Shown piece by piece: positions 1 to 13,721 of a stretch of DNA of 64,000 nt; position 1 is the first letter of the stretch; each line of letters opens with the position of its first letter. Below the pieces are notes generated by a model that worked only from the letters and a program-made list of their open reading frames with translations, was not told the DNA's origin and searched no databases. The stretch is from the NCBI RefSeq assembly GCF_026210795.1, contig NC_089435.1:310001-374000 (forward strand), given 5' to 3'. This DNA comes from Rhizophagus irregularis (taxonomy: Eukaryota). The position numbers were made by a program, and so were the translations under genes.

Positions 1-1346
1 CTTTTGTAAATACTTATGTAAATCTCCATTCTGCGCATATTGCATAACTAGTATATAATCGTCTAATTTTGGATCCTTTGTAAAACCATGGGTTTTAATA
101 ATAGTTTCATAACTTCCATAATGATGATTTATCTTTAACTATTAATTCCCAAGATTAATAAGATTAAAATTAAAATATTTTTAATGAATATCAAATAAAA
201 ATAATTACGAATTGTTGACGTATTTACCTCATTCATAAAATATTTTTCAGCAAATTGAGAGTTTTTAAACCTTTTTAAAATGACAATGTTATCTCTAGTC
301 AAAAAACGATAAATATTCTTATTTGAACCATTTAACCGAGTTGCTTGATATACAATACTAAACCCTCCTTTTGTTATTTCTTTTACATTTGTAAATTGAG
401 AATATGGTATATATCTCATTAATAGTCCTTTAAAATTATCGCAAATAGAAATACAACACATCTCGAATGGAACGAAATATTCATCAATACTTTTTACATT
501 GTTAGCAAAATTAGCTATTTCCAATTGATATGATCTTATGCTAACAAGAAAATCATCTAAAACACTATCTCCACTGTTAATACCAATCATCTTTGTGATA
601 TCAAAAGTAATAGTTGATACTCTCTTGCATTTTTTACATTGCGATTGATTTGTATATCCAAAAATAACATTTGTTGTTAAACAAAATCTACATCCAATAA
701 AAAATATGAAACAATTTTCACAATACTTTTGACAGTTAGATGTTAATATTAATTCTTCAAAACAAAAACAACTAAATCTATTTTCCCACCATGGTAAATA
801 AATAATTGAAATAGGCTTTTTAGTTAAGGTTGATTCTATATATCCAATAGAGATTAGATAACAATTTGAACATAATTTAAATTCCGTTATAATGTTATGA
901 TCTGTTCCTTGATATAATAATTTTCCGCATAGTTTACAATATTTTTCACTTTCGAACACGTTTTTGTATATGGGAATTTTTTTCGATTCCGAAGTGTAAC
1001 TACGTATTTGTTTAAAAACTAATATTGTCAAGCAATTTCTACAGCATTCTTGAATATTTCGTGATACTTTTGTTCCATTTATTTCATGTTCACTACATTC
1101 TAAGTCCTCTGCAAATAAATATACGTCCAAGTATATATTATTATCTGTTATTTTAGTTAAATAACATGATAAGCATTTTTTGCAATATTTTTGCTCATAA
1201 ATTAACGTTTTTGTATATACTCCTCCACAATGAAAACAATATTCATCTCTCAAATTAAATGAAACGAAAAAAATCGGTACGGGACTAGATTTTAATTTTG
1301 GTGTTGGATCAAAAGAATTTTCATCATTTACATTTATAAGATCCAT
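1..1346 (-). CDS. TKL-type protein kinase with Cys-rich (multi-CxxC) N-terminal domain, copy K1; 3' part lies outside the window
   Basis: Exon 1 1346-228 (CxxC array, then IPYSQF..ITKGGFSIVY..VILKRF); GT-AG intron 227-139; exon 2 reads LKINHHYGSYETIIKTHGFTKDPKLDDYILVMQYAQNGDLHKYLQK. Paralogous to K2-K4. Confidence 0.9.
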
Positions 1347-2124
1347 TTTATTATGTTTTCCATATAAGCAAGTATTGAAAATTCGATATATTTATAGTTT
1401 TTCAAATCCTTAAATGATGAATATCTGAATAAATATAGAATTTTCTATCAGTGAATTCTCCAGAAAATTCGGTTCGTATTTATTTTTGGAAGTACTTTAT
1501 CTAAGGGTATAATAAATGCATAATGTTAATGATGCTGATCTGTTGATCTACATGCCTAACTCTACCAATTGAAAGGAGAAGAACAAAACAAGGGGGGGAT
1601 GTTTCTATTTTAAGAATTTCATTGAAAAATATTTTTCCTTTACGTTTTGTATATTAAAATAAAATATATAGTTTGACTTCTATCCGTGATTACTAACTAA
1701 ATTGTTGCTGATCGTATTTTAATTTTTGTGCGATCTGTCTGTCGTGTAAAACATTAAACATTTGAACCATCATTTTGATTTTTTAAAGAAAAATTTCCTT
1801 ATATGTCCAAATACACGATCTATTATTGTTAAAGAAAATAGCAAGTTAAAATAAATTTGTGGTAATTTAAATATTATTACAGTCGCCACTTAATATAACG
1901 AACCACGGAACCACCCTCCGTATAGGGTGAATTCATAATATAATACTAATAATCTATACAACGAACAGTACGGTATATAGATTCAAACATGATTAAATTA
2001 TTTTTTTACATGATTAAAAATTATTAAAGTATTCGAAATAAATTATGAATTTTAACCTGCACGTCATATTATATTGTATTCCGATGAAGAAAAAGATTAA
2101 CCGCGTATATGATTACCCTAAAGT

Positions 2125-2350
2125 TAGTGTTGCGATCCGTCAATCCGTCAATCCGCCAATCCGCGGATTTATCCGATTCGAAACCATTCCGGCGGATGAA
2201 GATACGAATAATTTGTCATCTGCTATTTCTGTACATAAATCCGGATCCATCCGTTTGATTAGTAGTATTTTATAGTAATGGATCCATTTGGATGGTTGTC
2301 TGGATCATCCGTTATTTACGGATCGGTCATCCGGATTTTTATATTGAAAT
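2125..2350 (+). mobile_element. Probable hAT-like transposon end fragment with ATCCG/CGGAT subterminal repeats
   Basis: Starts TAGTGTTGCGATCCG and contains many ATCCG/CGGAT motifs in both orientations; no partner end found. Confidence 0.45.
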
Positions 2351-2667
2351 TCATACCGATGGTTATTTATTTTTTTTAAAAAAAAAATATTATAATACTG
2401 TATATTTTAATATTGTAACTTTTTTTTACAATTTATGTTTTTTTTACCCATTTTTAAAAAAACTTTCTTAAAATAAAAGAAACGATTAACGCTAAAATAT
2501 GTGTTATTACGTCACAAAATGTTAAAAATTATCATACATACAGTTTATAAAAATAGCAAATATAACCCAATGATCATCACATGACGATCAAGTAAAAGAT
2601 GAAACTTGTATTACTGCATGGTGATGAACATTAATAATGGAGGGAACCAATGATTAATATTATATAG

Positions 2668-2812
2668 TTATTGGGTAAGAAGTATTCAATATGAAGATTT
2701 ATGACCGTCGATGTTAAATGATTGGCCGTTATTGTGCCACGTAGTGGCACAATGGCCAATCATATAATGTTGATGGTCAAAATGGTAATATTGAATACTT
2801 CTTACCTAATAA
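2668..2812. repeat. ~145-bp imperfect foldback (palindrome) upstream of the Crypton gene
   Basis: Outer arms TTATTGGGTAAGAAGTATTCAATAT / ATATTGAATACTTCTTACCTAATAA; centre ATTGTGCCAC-GTA-GTGGCACAAT. Confidence 0.9.
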
Positions 2813-2844
2813 TGATTTTATTGTGGCAGACCACCAAGATCATG

Positions 2845-3045
2845 TTTTAAAAGTTTATTTAAACTTTCTTTTAAATTTCAATTTTTACGCGTCTTTTTCT
2901 TTACGCGTTTAAAAGTTTATTTAAACTTTCTTTTAAATCCACTCATTTGTACACATTTTTTCTTTACGCGTTTTTTCTTTTACACATTCTTTTTTATATA
3001 CACTTTTTAAATACCCTACTTTTTCTTTACACATTTTTTTCTTTC
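2845..3045 (+). repeat. Short direct repeats in the Crypton leader
   Basis: TTTAAAAGTTTATTTAAACTTTCTTTTAAAT twice, plus several TTTTTTCTTTAC(GCGT/ACAT) units. Confidence 0.7.
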
Positions 3046-3071
3046 AACCTATTCTATTATTTATTTTAATA

Positions 3072-4699
3072 ATGAAGGAAAAAACTAACAAAAATAAAAT
3101 AAATAATGATAAAGTATGTTGTTATTATTACCAAAATATTGTTATATTAATTTGCTAATACAATATTTTCTATTCAAGTTTTATTTACCTACAGAAGACG
3201 AAATAAATTTTTTCAAAAAGAAGTCAAGAGTAGTAAATACAGATAAATCCACAGCAAATTGGGTTCACCAATTTGAAAACTTTCGTGAAAAAGCTGGATT
3301 TACTGGTAAAAGCATAGATATTACTGATAGAAAGGAATTAGAAAGTCAAATCTGTAGTTTCGTAACAGTTATGAAGACTAATTCTGGTGAAGAATACAAG
3401 GCTAGATCTATCCTCAGTGCTATACATGCATTAAACCGACATTTAAATGATTTATCATCACTATCTCCAATGGATTTTACTTCAAGAAAACAATTTCCAA
3501 TATTATATGATGTATTAGATGGCAAAATGAAACATGTAGCAGAACAAGGAAAGGCCAATGTTCAAGGAGCTGATGGTCTTTCTGTTGAAGAATGTAAAAA
3601 AATACTGTATTCACCAGTATTAAACATTGACACACCCACTGGATTGTTAAAAAAAGTCTTTTTTTTAAATGCATTATTCTTAGCTCTTAGAGGTGGTGAG
3701 CACTATTCATTACAATATTCTCATTTTAAGTTTAGAGCTGATGGTCAGGGTTTTGATGTAAATATTCCTCGAAGTAAAACAAATCAAAGGGGTATTAATG
3801 GCTCATTAAATGATGAAAAATTAAGAATTCCATATCATCCAATGATAATGGAAACTTATAACAAATATTTTTCTAAAAGACCAGGTAATGCCGATAAAGA
3901 ATTCTATTTAAGAGAATATGTGTCTGAAGATGGTGAGTTCAATGTACTTTATCATTTTATGCTATTTTTTTCAGTAATATGACATTTATTAGTTAACTTA
4001 TTTATTTATTTATAGATTATATTATTTATAATCGTTGGTTTCAAAAGTTTCATGTTGGTGAAAAGCGATTAAAAAATTTTTTACATGAAATTGTAATAGA
4101 ATGTGGTATTGATATTGGCAATCGAAAGATCAGCAACCATAGCGCCCGAAAAAGTTTAGTAGGAATATTGAAAGAACTTGGTACTAGTGACAATGAAGTT
4201 ATGGCAATTACCCGGCATAAATCAAATTCAGGATTTACTAGCTATGAAAGAACTAAAGAAAAAATGCAGAATGTTAGTTTAAACAACTTAATGAACGTTC
4301 TTATAGATAATGATCAAATGGAAGGCTCGGGTGAGTTTTAATTTTAATTTTTAAATTGATTTTCAATATACTAATTATACAATATGGAATTTTAGATGTT
4401 TTAGAACCTTTGCCACATTTTTCAATGCCAGATAAGCAAGCATTAACACCAATTGAACTTAAATCAACTTTTACTAGTGCACGCGAAATTTTTAAAGGTA
4501 ATTTATTAATAGTTTGTTTTATTTTATTTTATTTTATTGATTTCTATTAATAAAATTAGCTGAAATCAATCAAGAAAGCCGAATTCCATTTTCTAACAAA
4601 TCCAACAAATTGACAATAAATGAAACTGAAACTTTACAGGATATTTTTAAAGGAAACGGATCAATTTTCAATAATTGTACATTTGTATTCAATAGATAA
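3072..4699 (+). CDS. Crypton-type (DUF3504-like) tyrosine recombinase, 5 exons, ~450 aa
   Basis: Exons 3072-3113, 3179-3932, 4016-4330, 4396-4497, 4560-4699 (all GT-AG, 1353 nt, no internal stop). Motifs LRGGEH (R), KTNQ (K), NHSARK (HxxR), ITRHKS (H), SYER (Y); C-terminal IFNNCTF. Confidence 0.88.
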
Positions 4700-6455
4700 T
4701 ACTAATATAGTTTAAGTAACAGTTTTTCAAATTGCTGTACAGTATTAAGCTAAACTAATGTAAATGATATTTGGTAAATGACGTAATGCGTTAGCAATAT
4801 TGAGCGGAAATTAAATAACATGATCCTATAGGGATGCCCAATAAAATGATGTAATTCCAAAAGTTAGTAATACATTAGAAGTTAATAACTCTAAAATAAG
4901 TACCCTTAAATTAGCAATAATCTTAGAGTTTAAACTTATATTTTGTATTTTGATGTATATTAAACCAAGCAATGTATTTTATTTAATAAAGTTCTTATTT
5001 TTATTTAACATCACTTGTCGGGAGAGAAGGTGGCAGCTTCTTTCGCATGATAACAGACTTAGCTTAAGATTTAAAACCATATAAGAATTACAAAAAGATG
5101 AGTTTATGCATCAAATTTTGAGATTTCTTTAACGTACTACAATAAAACTATCCTTGGTATAAATTTACTTCTTACTGTTGTTACTAAAAATTTTAATAAA
5201 ATAACTTCAACCTTGTTGATTTTAAAGTTAGTCAAATTTAAAATTTGAAGCTTTACTCCGTTCCAATAAAATATTTTAAAAAATCTGGAATATTGAGAGG
5301 TTTCCAGACCTCAGTACTGTGTATTTACACACGTGATAGTATTGGCGGAGAAAACGCAAGAAAAATCTTCATTTTTTATTGTCCAATCCTATAAAAATTC
5401 AAAATTATATATTAATCAGTATAATTATTAAAAATTGTTATTAGTTTTATAATAGTAAAGACCCAAAGCCTCTTGAACAATCATTAATTAAACTATACAA
5501 ATACAGTATTCTCAAATATATTAATAATTTTAGTACTAAGTTAAAAAGAATATTCAACCGCACGCTCTAAATTCTATTAAATGACGATAGTAGTGTTATC
5601 CAACTAATTTATTATAATTGTCAAATGGATATTTATATTATTGAATCTAATATTTTAGAATTACTGTAAAGCGAACATAACTAAATAGTTTGTTTAATCA
5701 TATTCATTCTGTTTAGGGTAGCCAAGAGTCTTAATCAAAAATTATTTTAGATTTTTTTTTTTTAGCCGCAAAATTGTACCGACTTAATATTACGTATTGG
5801 GATGTCGAAACTTAAAGTTCGCGTGACCGCAATCGCAAATCTCTGGCCCGCATTATTAAAATCTGACCAGAATTATGGTTAAAATAAGTATTAACCTGTT
5901 TACCTATAATTGAGATGTCCTTAATTTTTATTTTGTATGAATTTCACAGTTATAAAAATGAAACAAATTAAAATAACTAAATAATATTTTTTTACTGTAA
6001 ATTTAAGGGTAAGAAAATTTACATTTTTATATTGGAAATAAAAAAATGTTAAAAATTTTATTATATTCAGTAAGTCATTAACTAGTTAACCATTGTAATA
6101 AGTTGAAGAAAATTCAAATATATGTCATTCACTCAGTTATATATATATAATCATATCCCGTCAATGATCGTAGATAAAATATTCAAAAATCCGAAGTTTT
6201 AGAGGCATGAAAAAAAATAATTTTTTTTTTTGTTTATATAACGAGAGATAAACTAATTTTTATTTTATATATATAATAGTGATTATTAAAAACTGAAATC
6301 AGAATTACTATTTTTAGAATCAGAAAATTCTGACTGTTTATTTAAAGGAATTATGTTATGTTTCAGGATACCGAAAATTTATATATATCATAATTTTTTA
6401 TGCAGTTTAATATAAATCCAAAAAAAAAAAATGTCTGACGAAATGACGTTTAGAA

Positions 6456-6810
6456 TCTCCATATAAATAATTGAATTGTGTAACATGAAAACTCATAGAA
6501 TGTCTACGCCCGGCAGGGTTGAGGAGGAACGGTCTTTCAGTCTTCGGTCCAGGATTTGAGGACCGGTACTGGACCGGTCCAGATCGGTCTGATTATAAAA
6601 AAATCATATTTTTTAATTATTTTTTTTTTTGGTAAAAGAGATGATTTACCCTATTTCTAAGTCTTCTAAAGTTTTTTTAACTAATACTTCCTTCCACTAC
6701 TATTTTGCTTGTCCTTTCCCTTGGACAGTAATTGTTTTTCTGTTATCATACTCAAATCGAAACATCTTTCATTAACCGCTGCTTTACTGTACCCTGGGCC
6801 TGGGTTGAAA
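6456..6810 (+). mobile_element. Helitron-like 5' fragment interrupted by a hAT-like piece (CAGGGT...ACCCTG, ~6514-6796)
   Basis: A|TCTCCATATAAATAATTGAATTGTGTAAC resembles the start of the mini-Helitron at 10596; GGACCG/CGGTCC subterminal motifs follow CAGGGTT. TSD is not clean. Confidence 0.4.
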
Positions 6811-7919
6811 TAAACTTTATAAGTCCTTAATTTTGGTCGGTTCTATATATGTACGAAAATTATAAACAATGTACTAGTATAATTTTTTTTTAGATTTAGT
6901 GAACGTACGTACTATGAGTAATACAAAAAGTTTTAATATAACAAAAAACTGTTGTACGTACTATAATTGTTAACAATATGCTACAATTGCTAATAATTAT
7001 AAATTGTAATAATATCTAAATCTTGAAACTCGTTTTTTCGTTCTTTAAATTGTTCTTTAAATTATTGAGCTGAATTTTTTGCTTTTACTTCGCGTTTTTT
7101 AACGTCTATAGTAAACATGAAGATGTATTAATAGAATATTTTAATATGGAATATAACGTAATAAAAAAAAATTAATTCTTATTTTAATTTAACAAACGAA
7201 ATAATAAAATTCTTATATTGCGTACTTCGTATATTTAAATGGTTTACAGAGGCCTAGAGGGTAATGATATTATTAATTTCAGAGCGCAGTATCATATTTG
7301 TATAAAATTTTTTAGTTTTAAATTGCTGCGGTCCGAAATGACCTTAACTATTGGACAATTGACAATAAATTTTATTGGGTAATTTTTAGTTATCCGCAAA
7401 TTTCTGCAGCCTTGAATTTAATTTTGAAATTTATTTTAATTGGTGTTTAATTTTTATTGATCTAAAGTTTTAGTTAGGAACTTTATAGGTCATTTTAGAA
7501 CTTTGATTTCACTTCTGAAATATTTTTGAATAATATAACTTAGTAAATACGCCCTTATATTTTGATAGTACATAGGTGATACGAATATATCATTCAAGGA
7601 AGGAATTTTGTGAAAAAAAACATTATTCCGAAATTTGTTTAGTACATTATATTATTAGTACAGAAAGATTTGCCGATCATGTATTAATATGGCCCATTTT
7701 ATATTAAAATCGTTATCGTTTTTGATAACGTTAAGCAGTGAAACAAACATACTATTAAAATAGAAATAAATTCTTGATAATATTTTATCATCAAATGATG
7801 AGTAAAGATCACATGACACTTGTAGTCTTATTCAACATTATACTATATAAACCAAGCAATTATCCTCGTTTTTTTTTTAAAAAAAAATTCAATATTAAAA
7901 TAATATTATAAAATTTAAT

Positions 7920-9017
7920 ATGGGAAACACGAATTTAAATAACCATATTATACGAGACTATTCAACTGGAAATAACTTCGTACCTTCAATTATTGACAAT
8001 AATGAAAACTTTCAACACACTTCAATGATTTTAGACACCTCACATATTAATAATATTGATATGACTGCTCTTGCACCTCAAAATATTACGTTTGAATTTT
8101 ATCTTCCTTTACCAAATGATACGCGTATTTATCATGTTACTTATACCGAATTAAATTCAGTAGGAATCGCGCAACTTTTGAATGATAGAATTAATTTATC
8201 CCACATTCTCAATCATCGGCTTCCATATCATTATAATATACAAAATTTAATTCGGCAAGAAATTGTTCAAAAATCTACCTCGCAGCAATCTTTCGATACT
8301 ATGGATATTCAACGTAATTTTCAAGAATATTCGGATAATAATGTTTTCGATGTATCTTCAATTCTTCCTATTCAACAACCTGTTGATTATCAACAAGATG
8401 TCATCCCACAACAATCCTTCGATACTATGGATATTCAACGTAACTTCCAAGAATCTTCAGATAATAATGCTAACGACGTATCTTCAATCTCTCTTATTCC
8501 TGTTGATTATAAACAAGATACTATCTCGCAACAACCTTTCGATAATATAAAATTTGAATTTTATCTTCCTTTACCAAATGATGTATATACCTATCATGTT
8601 ACTTATACCGAATTAAATTTAACAGAAATCGCACAACTCTTAAATAATAGAATTGATTTATCTCACATTCCCAATCATAGACTTCCATATCATTATAATG
8701 TACAACGTTTAATTAGGCAAGAAATTGTTCAACAATCTATTGGTTATCAACAAAACACCTCCCCACAACGATCTTTAGATACTATTGATGTTCAACCGAT
8801 TTACCAAGAATATTTAGAGAATACTAGTGCTTGCGTTGTATCTTCAATTTCTCCTATTCTACAACCTGTTGATTATCAACAAGATGCCATCGCACAGCAA
8901 ACTTTCGATACTATGGATATTCAGCCCACTATCCAAGAATATTCAGATAATAATGCTTACGATACATCTTCAGTTCCTCCAAACAGTCTTGGTGATACCT
9001 CAACCACATCAAATTAA
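7920..9017 (+). CDS. Q/N-rich repeat protein, family X, two copies of the conserved domain
   Basis: 365-aa single-exon ORF; FEFYLPLPND...YHVTYTELN domain twice; repeated QQSFDTMDIQ..FQEYSDNN units; four paralogs in the window. Confidence 0.85.
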   Translation: MGNTNLNNHIIRDYSTGNNFVPSIIDNNENFQHTSMILDTSHINNIDMTALAPQNITFEFYLPLPNDTRIYHVTYTELNSVGIAQLLNDRINLSHILNHRLPYHYNIQNLIRQEIVQKSTSQQSFDTMDIQRNFQEYSDNNVFDVSSILPIQQPVDYQQDVIPQQSFDTMDIQRNFQESSDNNANDVSSISLIPVDYKQDTISQQPFDNIKFEFYLPLPNDVYTYHVTYTELNLTEIAQLLNNRIDLSHIPNHRLPYHYNVQRLIRQEIVQQSIGYQQNTSPQRSLDTIDVQPIYQEYLENTSACVVSSISPILQPVDYQQDAIAQQTFDTMDIQPTIQEYSDNNAYDTSSVPPNSLGDTSTTSN

Positions 9018-10595
9018 TTAAGGCTAAACTCAAATTATAATTTATAGTATTAAGCTAGTATGTCATTATATGCTTTGTTATATTTATATGTTACAATTTA
9101 ACATTTGATGTTAATATAAATTCAATATTTATATGATTTACCGAATAAGTTTTTTTAAAGGGTGGGTTAGATAGATTTACATATTATATTATTATTATTA
9201 TTATTATTTTATACCATTCCCATTTCCAATATTACCCGGTTATCTGGTGTTTTTTTTCGTCCAAAATACTACACAATTTTTGAAAATGACGATAATCTAT
9301 TTTAAGAATAATTTATTGAGATTAAACGAACTTCTATTTATTAACTTAATGATTTAATTTTCGATTTCGATAATTGAGTTCTCCTTCAAGGGTATAGGGA
9401 ATAATGTGCAAGATACAAACAATTCGTTTCATTTCGATGTTTAAATTTTGGTGGATATATAAACGTGGGTTCTTGTCATACTTCAGAATTATTACTATTT
9501 ATTTATTTTTTCTTTTTTATAAACTTTAAATACTATGTTTAAGTTTCTTTAAAAAAAAAAAATAAAATGCTTTTCTTCGAATATTAAATTAACACATGAT
9601 CTGGCGTTTAAATTTTCTAATAAAAATCCTCCTCTAACTATTTTAATATAAAAGTTGGTATAGTTTTATGTGAATACAAACGAAAAAAAAAATTCTTATT
9701 CTAAGATTTTATCACGTTACAGTCGTTACATTAAAATTTCCTTTTGTTTATCTTTCTGTTAATTTATTGTATACAAATAACGTAAAGGTAAAATCACGAA
9801 TTCACGATTGATCAAAGAAATCAAATGAAATTTTATTAAGATTGAATGTAATAAATATCCTTTTGAATTACTTTAAACAAAAATTCTAATAATGGAATTT
9901 TTGCTCTTTACAAGTTTTGTTTGTTTCTGTGAATTGTAAAAATAACTATATTTGAATGCTTAGTTTGAGCAGAGCAGCATTTTAGCACCAAGCGAAGAAA
10001 TAATATCAAGTAACCCAATTTTATTTATCAAAGAAAAAAAAAACATTTATATTAATTTATATAAGAAAACTATATATAAAATTCTATATGAGTATGTTTG
10101 ACTTTCGAAGATATTCTGATTTTACAATAAATAAGCAATAATATTGGCACGGGAGAATGCTTAAGATGGAATATCTCTTACAAGAATAAAAAAATTTGTT
10201 AATTATAGAAAAATATCATAAGTCTATAAAAATAAAAAATGGTTACTTATAGTATCTTACGCAAATCGTCATTTAATATATGTCTTATATATATTTTTAT
10301 GGCGTCAGAAAATTTTAAACAACTTTTTAATTAATATTTAGAAAAAATTGTTCGAGAAAATACTATAAATATAATTATTCCACTATCGTTATTAACCAAG
10401 TGCCCTAATAAATACCTAATCACGAAAATTTTACGTGAATTTATTAGTAAATAAAGCTTACTATTTAGTTTCCTCTTTTAAATAGTTCTTACTATAACGA
10501 AATAAAATCGAATGGCAGCTCCCCTGCTCCCCTGCTAATAAGTCAATTTCTTGTTATCAGTACACAATAATTATTAAATGATATTTAGATTACCC

Positions 10596-10696
10596 TCTAT
10601 AAATTAATTTGAATTGTGTAACGAGAAATTATCGCTAGAATGATTCGATTGTATGAAGAATTTCGATCCCGGTTCGAAGCAACGGGTTGTTGCTAG
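10596..10696 (+). mobile_element. Miniature non-autonomous Helitron
   Basis: 5' TC; hairpin CCCGGTT-CGAAGC-AACGGG (10668-10686); 3' CTAG followed by T. Related 5' sequence at 6456. Confidence 0.65.
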
Positions 10697-11255
10697 TATT
10701 TAAAATAAAAAAAATCACATAAATCAAAAAATTATTGATCTACCTTTTCTGTGCAGAAACTAGCGAAATTTGTTTAACAAGAAAATGTGAACTTTTTTTT
10801 TGTCGTTATTGGGAATTTTAAAATTTTAAACGAAACATCAAAAATCATCTGATTTGGGATCTGTCATTAGGAGTTTTAGAACGCTATACAAAATCTTACA
10901 TTTTTATAATAACGATAATTTTAAGTGAATTTTAATTTTATACACGAAACATTGAAAAACTTGCTTTGTAAATCATTTCAAGTGAGTTATGGGTTTTCCA
11001 ACATTTGTTTGTTATTTTATCAACGCCTTGTATAAATACAAATTATAAAATCTCGTACTTAAATTTACATGTGTCATTTTCATCTAAGCTAATTGAATAA
11101 TATATAAAATATATATACTCTAAATCTAAATACTGTATAGTATTGAAATTAAAACGATATTTATATGAAAATTTTTTCTATTTCTTATTTTTTCAATCGG
11201 TGATGTGTAGCATCGCTACAGACTGGTTTAGTTTTTGAGAGATATGAGACATCCC

Positions 11256-13721
11256 TTAATTAATTTTAATTCGTTTTCCTATTTTAAATTAAAAAAATAA
11301 ATAAATAAAAATAAAAATATAATATAACATTTAATCAAATAATATATTTACTATTATTTTCACAAGAATTATTATTTAATTCTTCAATATTTCGCTTAGT
11401 TCCGATTACGTTGAGTTCACTACTGATAAAAATTTTATTTTATTTGAATTGTTGAATTTATATATTTAATTTAACAGATATTTTAACTTTAAATACATAC
11501 CTTTTAATATCTATGTCAAATTCTAGATCATTTGAGGTGTAGTCTATAAAAAAAGAAATTTAATTTAACTATCCAAAGATGACTTTTATCAAAATAGTAT
11601 ACATACCATTTGATGAAAAATTGATAGATGAATATTTAGAAAATATAGATGAACATTTAGAAATGTAAGAATTTAATGATCTACTTGTATAAATAGCTTT
11701 TGGATGAGGCTTTTCACTAAACTTGGAACCAAGCTTCTTCGAAACTATTAAATCTTTCCTTTTTAATTCAGCTTGGGCAAATTGAATAATGTAATCGGAA
11801 CTGCTAATAATTGAAACAGATCTATAATGATTATACCATAGACTACAAGTATCCCAAATTTCACTTATAGAAGGTCTTTTTTTTGGATCAGGATCCCAGC
11901 AACTTTTCATTAAATTAGCATAACATTCTGGTGTATCTTCTGTAATTTCAGGTCGTACACCATCAATAATATTAAAAATAAGAGTGTGATCATGTTCAAC
12001 ATTAGCAAAAGGCTTACAACATGTTGTAAGTTCCCACATAATCATACCCAAACTATAAATATCAGATTCTTTAGAAAATGCAGATCCTTTAAATATTTCT
12101 GGTGCAATATAAGGTATTACTCCATATATTTCATCATCCAATGAGATATCATTTACAGATCGTGATAATCCTAGATCTCCTATTTTATAAAGCGTAGAAA
12201 TTCTATTTACAATATTTACCAATATATTTCCACTATGTAAATCTCGATGTATGAAATTTGAACCATGAACATTCATAAGTCTAAAATAAGATTATTAAAT
12301 TAGTATTACAAATTAATCATTATCAATACATTTAAAAACTAAAATATAAATACCCTGTTGAAATATTATGTAAAATTGATATCTTTAGTTACCATTTAAT
12401 TTCTGTAAATTCATTTTGTAAATATTTATGTAAATCTCCTTCCGATGCATATCGCATAACTAATGTATAATCATCCAATTTGGGATCTTTTGTAAAACCA
12501 AAAGTTTCATTAACATATGAACCTAATTTATAACAGCAATAATTCGACTCCAACTATAAATTTCGAGATTAAAATTTAAAATATTTTGCAAACATTAAAT
12601 AAAAATACGAATTTTTAAGTATTTACCTCTTTTAAAAAATATTTTTTAGCATATTGAAGATTTTTAAATCTTTTTAAAATGACAATTGAATTATTATTAT
12701 TTTTTAAATCATAAATCCAGGTTGCTTGATATATGATGCTAAATCCTCCTTCTGCTATTTTTTTTACATTTGTAAGTTGAGAATATGGTATATATTTTAC
12801 CCATTTCTGATCATGTCTAAAAAAATTATTGTATATCTCGGATGGAATGAAATACTTATTAATATTTTTTAAATCGTTAGCGAATTTAGCTATTTTCAAT
12901 TGATCATATCTTATATTAATAAGAAAATCATCTAAAACACTATCTCCACTGTTAATACTAATAATTTTTGTTCTATCAAAAATGATAGTTGATATTCTCT
13001 TGCATTTTTTGCATTGTGATTGATTTGTAATTCCAAAAATAATATTTGTTGTTAAACAATATCTACATCCAATAAAAAATATGAAACAATTTTCACAATA
13101 CTTTTGACAGTTTGATGTAAATACTAATTTTTTATCACAATAACATCTACTTGTATTATCCCAAAATGGTAAATAAATAATTGAAATAAACTTTTCAGTA
13201 AAAGTTGATTCTATACATCCAGAAGAGATTAGATAACAACTCGAACACAATTTGAACTTTATTATAAACTTATGGTCTGTTTCTTGATATGATAATTTTC
13301 CACATAGTTTACAATATTTTTCATCTTCGAACACTTTATCATATAAATCATCTAAAGTATTATCAAACAGTTGATAATGACTAATTATCTGTTTAAAAAA
13401 TAATATTATCAAGCAGCATTCTTGAATATTTGGTGGTACTTTTGTTCTAATTATTTCATGATAATCAGTACATTCCGAGTCCTTTGCGAATAAATATACG
13501 ACCAAATGTATGTTAATAGCAGTTATATTATTTAAATAACATGATAAACATTTTTTGCAATATTTTTGACCATAAATAATCGTTCGTGTGTATTCTTCTC
13601 CACAATGAAAACAATTATTATCACGCTCATCAAAAGAAACAAAAAAAATCGGTACAGAACTAGATTTTAATTTTGGTGTTGGGTCAAAAGAATTTTCATC
13701 ATTTAATTTTACAAGTTCCAT
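11256..13721 (-). pseudogene. Cys-rich TKL kinase copy K2 with a premature stop
   Basis: Full exon set with HRDLHSGNIL, DLG, YIAPE, SDIYSLG, but exon 2 has an in-frame TAA at 12391-12389 (W* where K4 has WE). Confidence 0.85.

Noticed and set aside
1878..1925. TA|CAGTCGCC start resembling a Tc1/mariner TIR as the left boundary of the Crypton insert
   Set aside because: No matching inverted end found, so element limits cannot be assigned from it.
8263..9021. Alternative-frame ORFs overlapping family X genes (also 16887-17126, 26854-27042)
   Set aside because: Shadow frames of the repetitive main ORF; no independent evidence.
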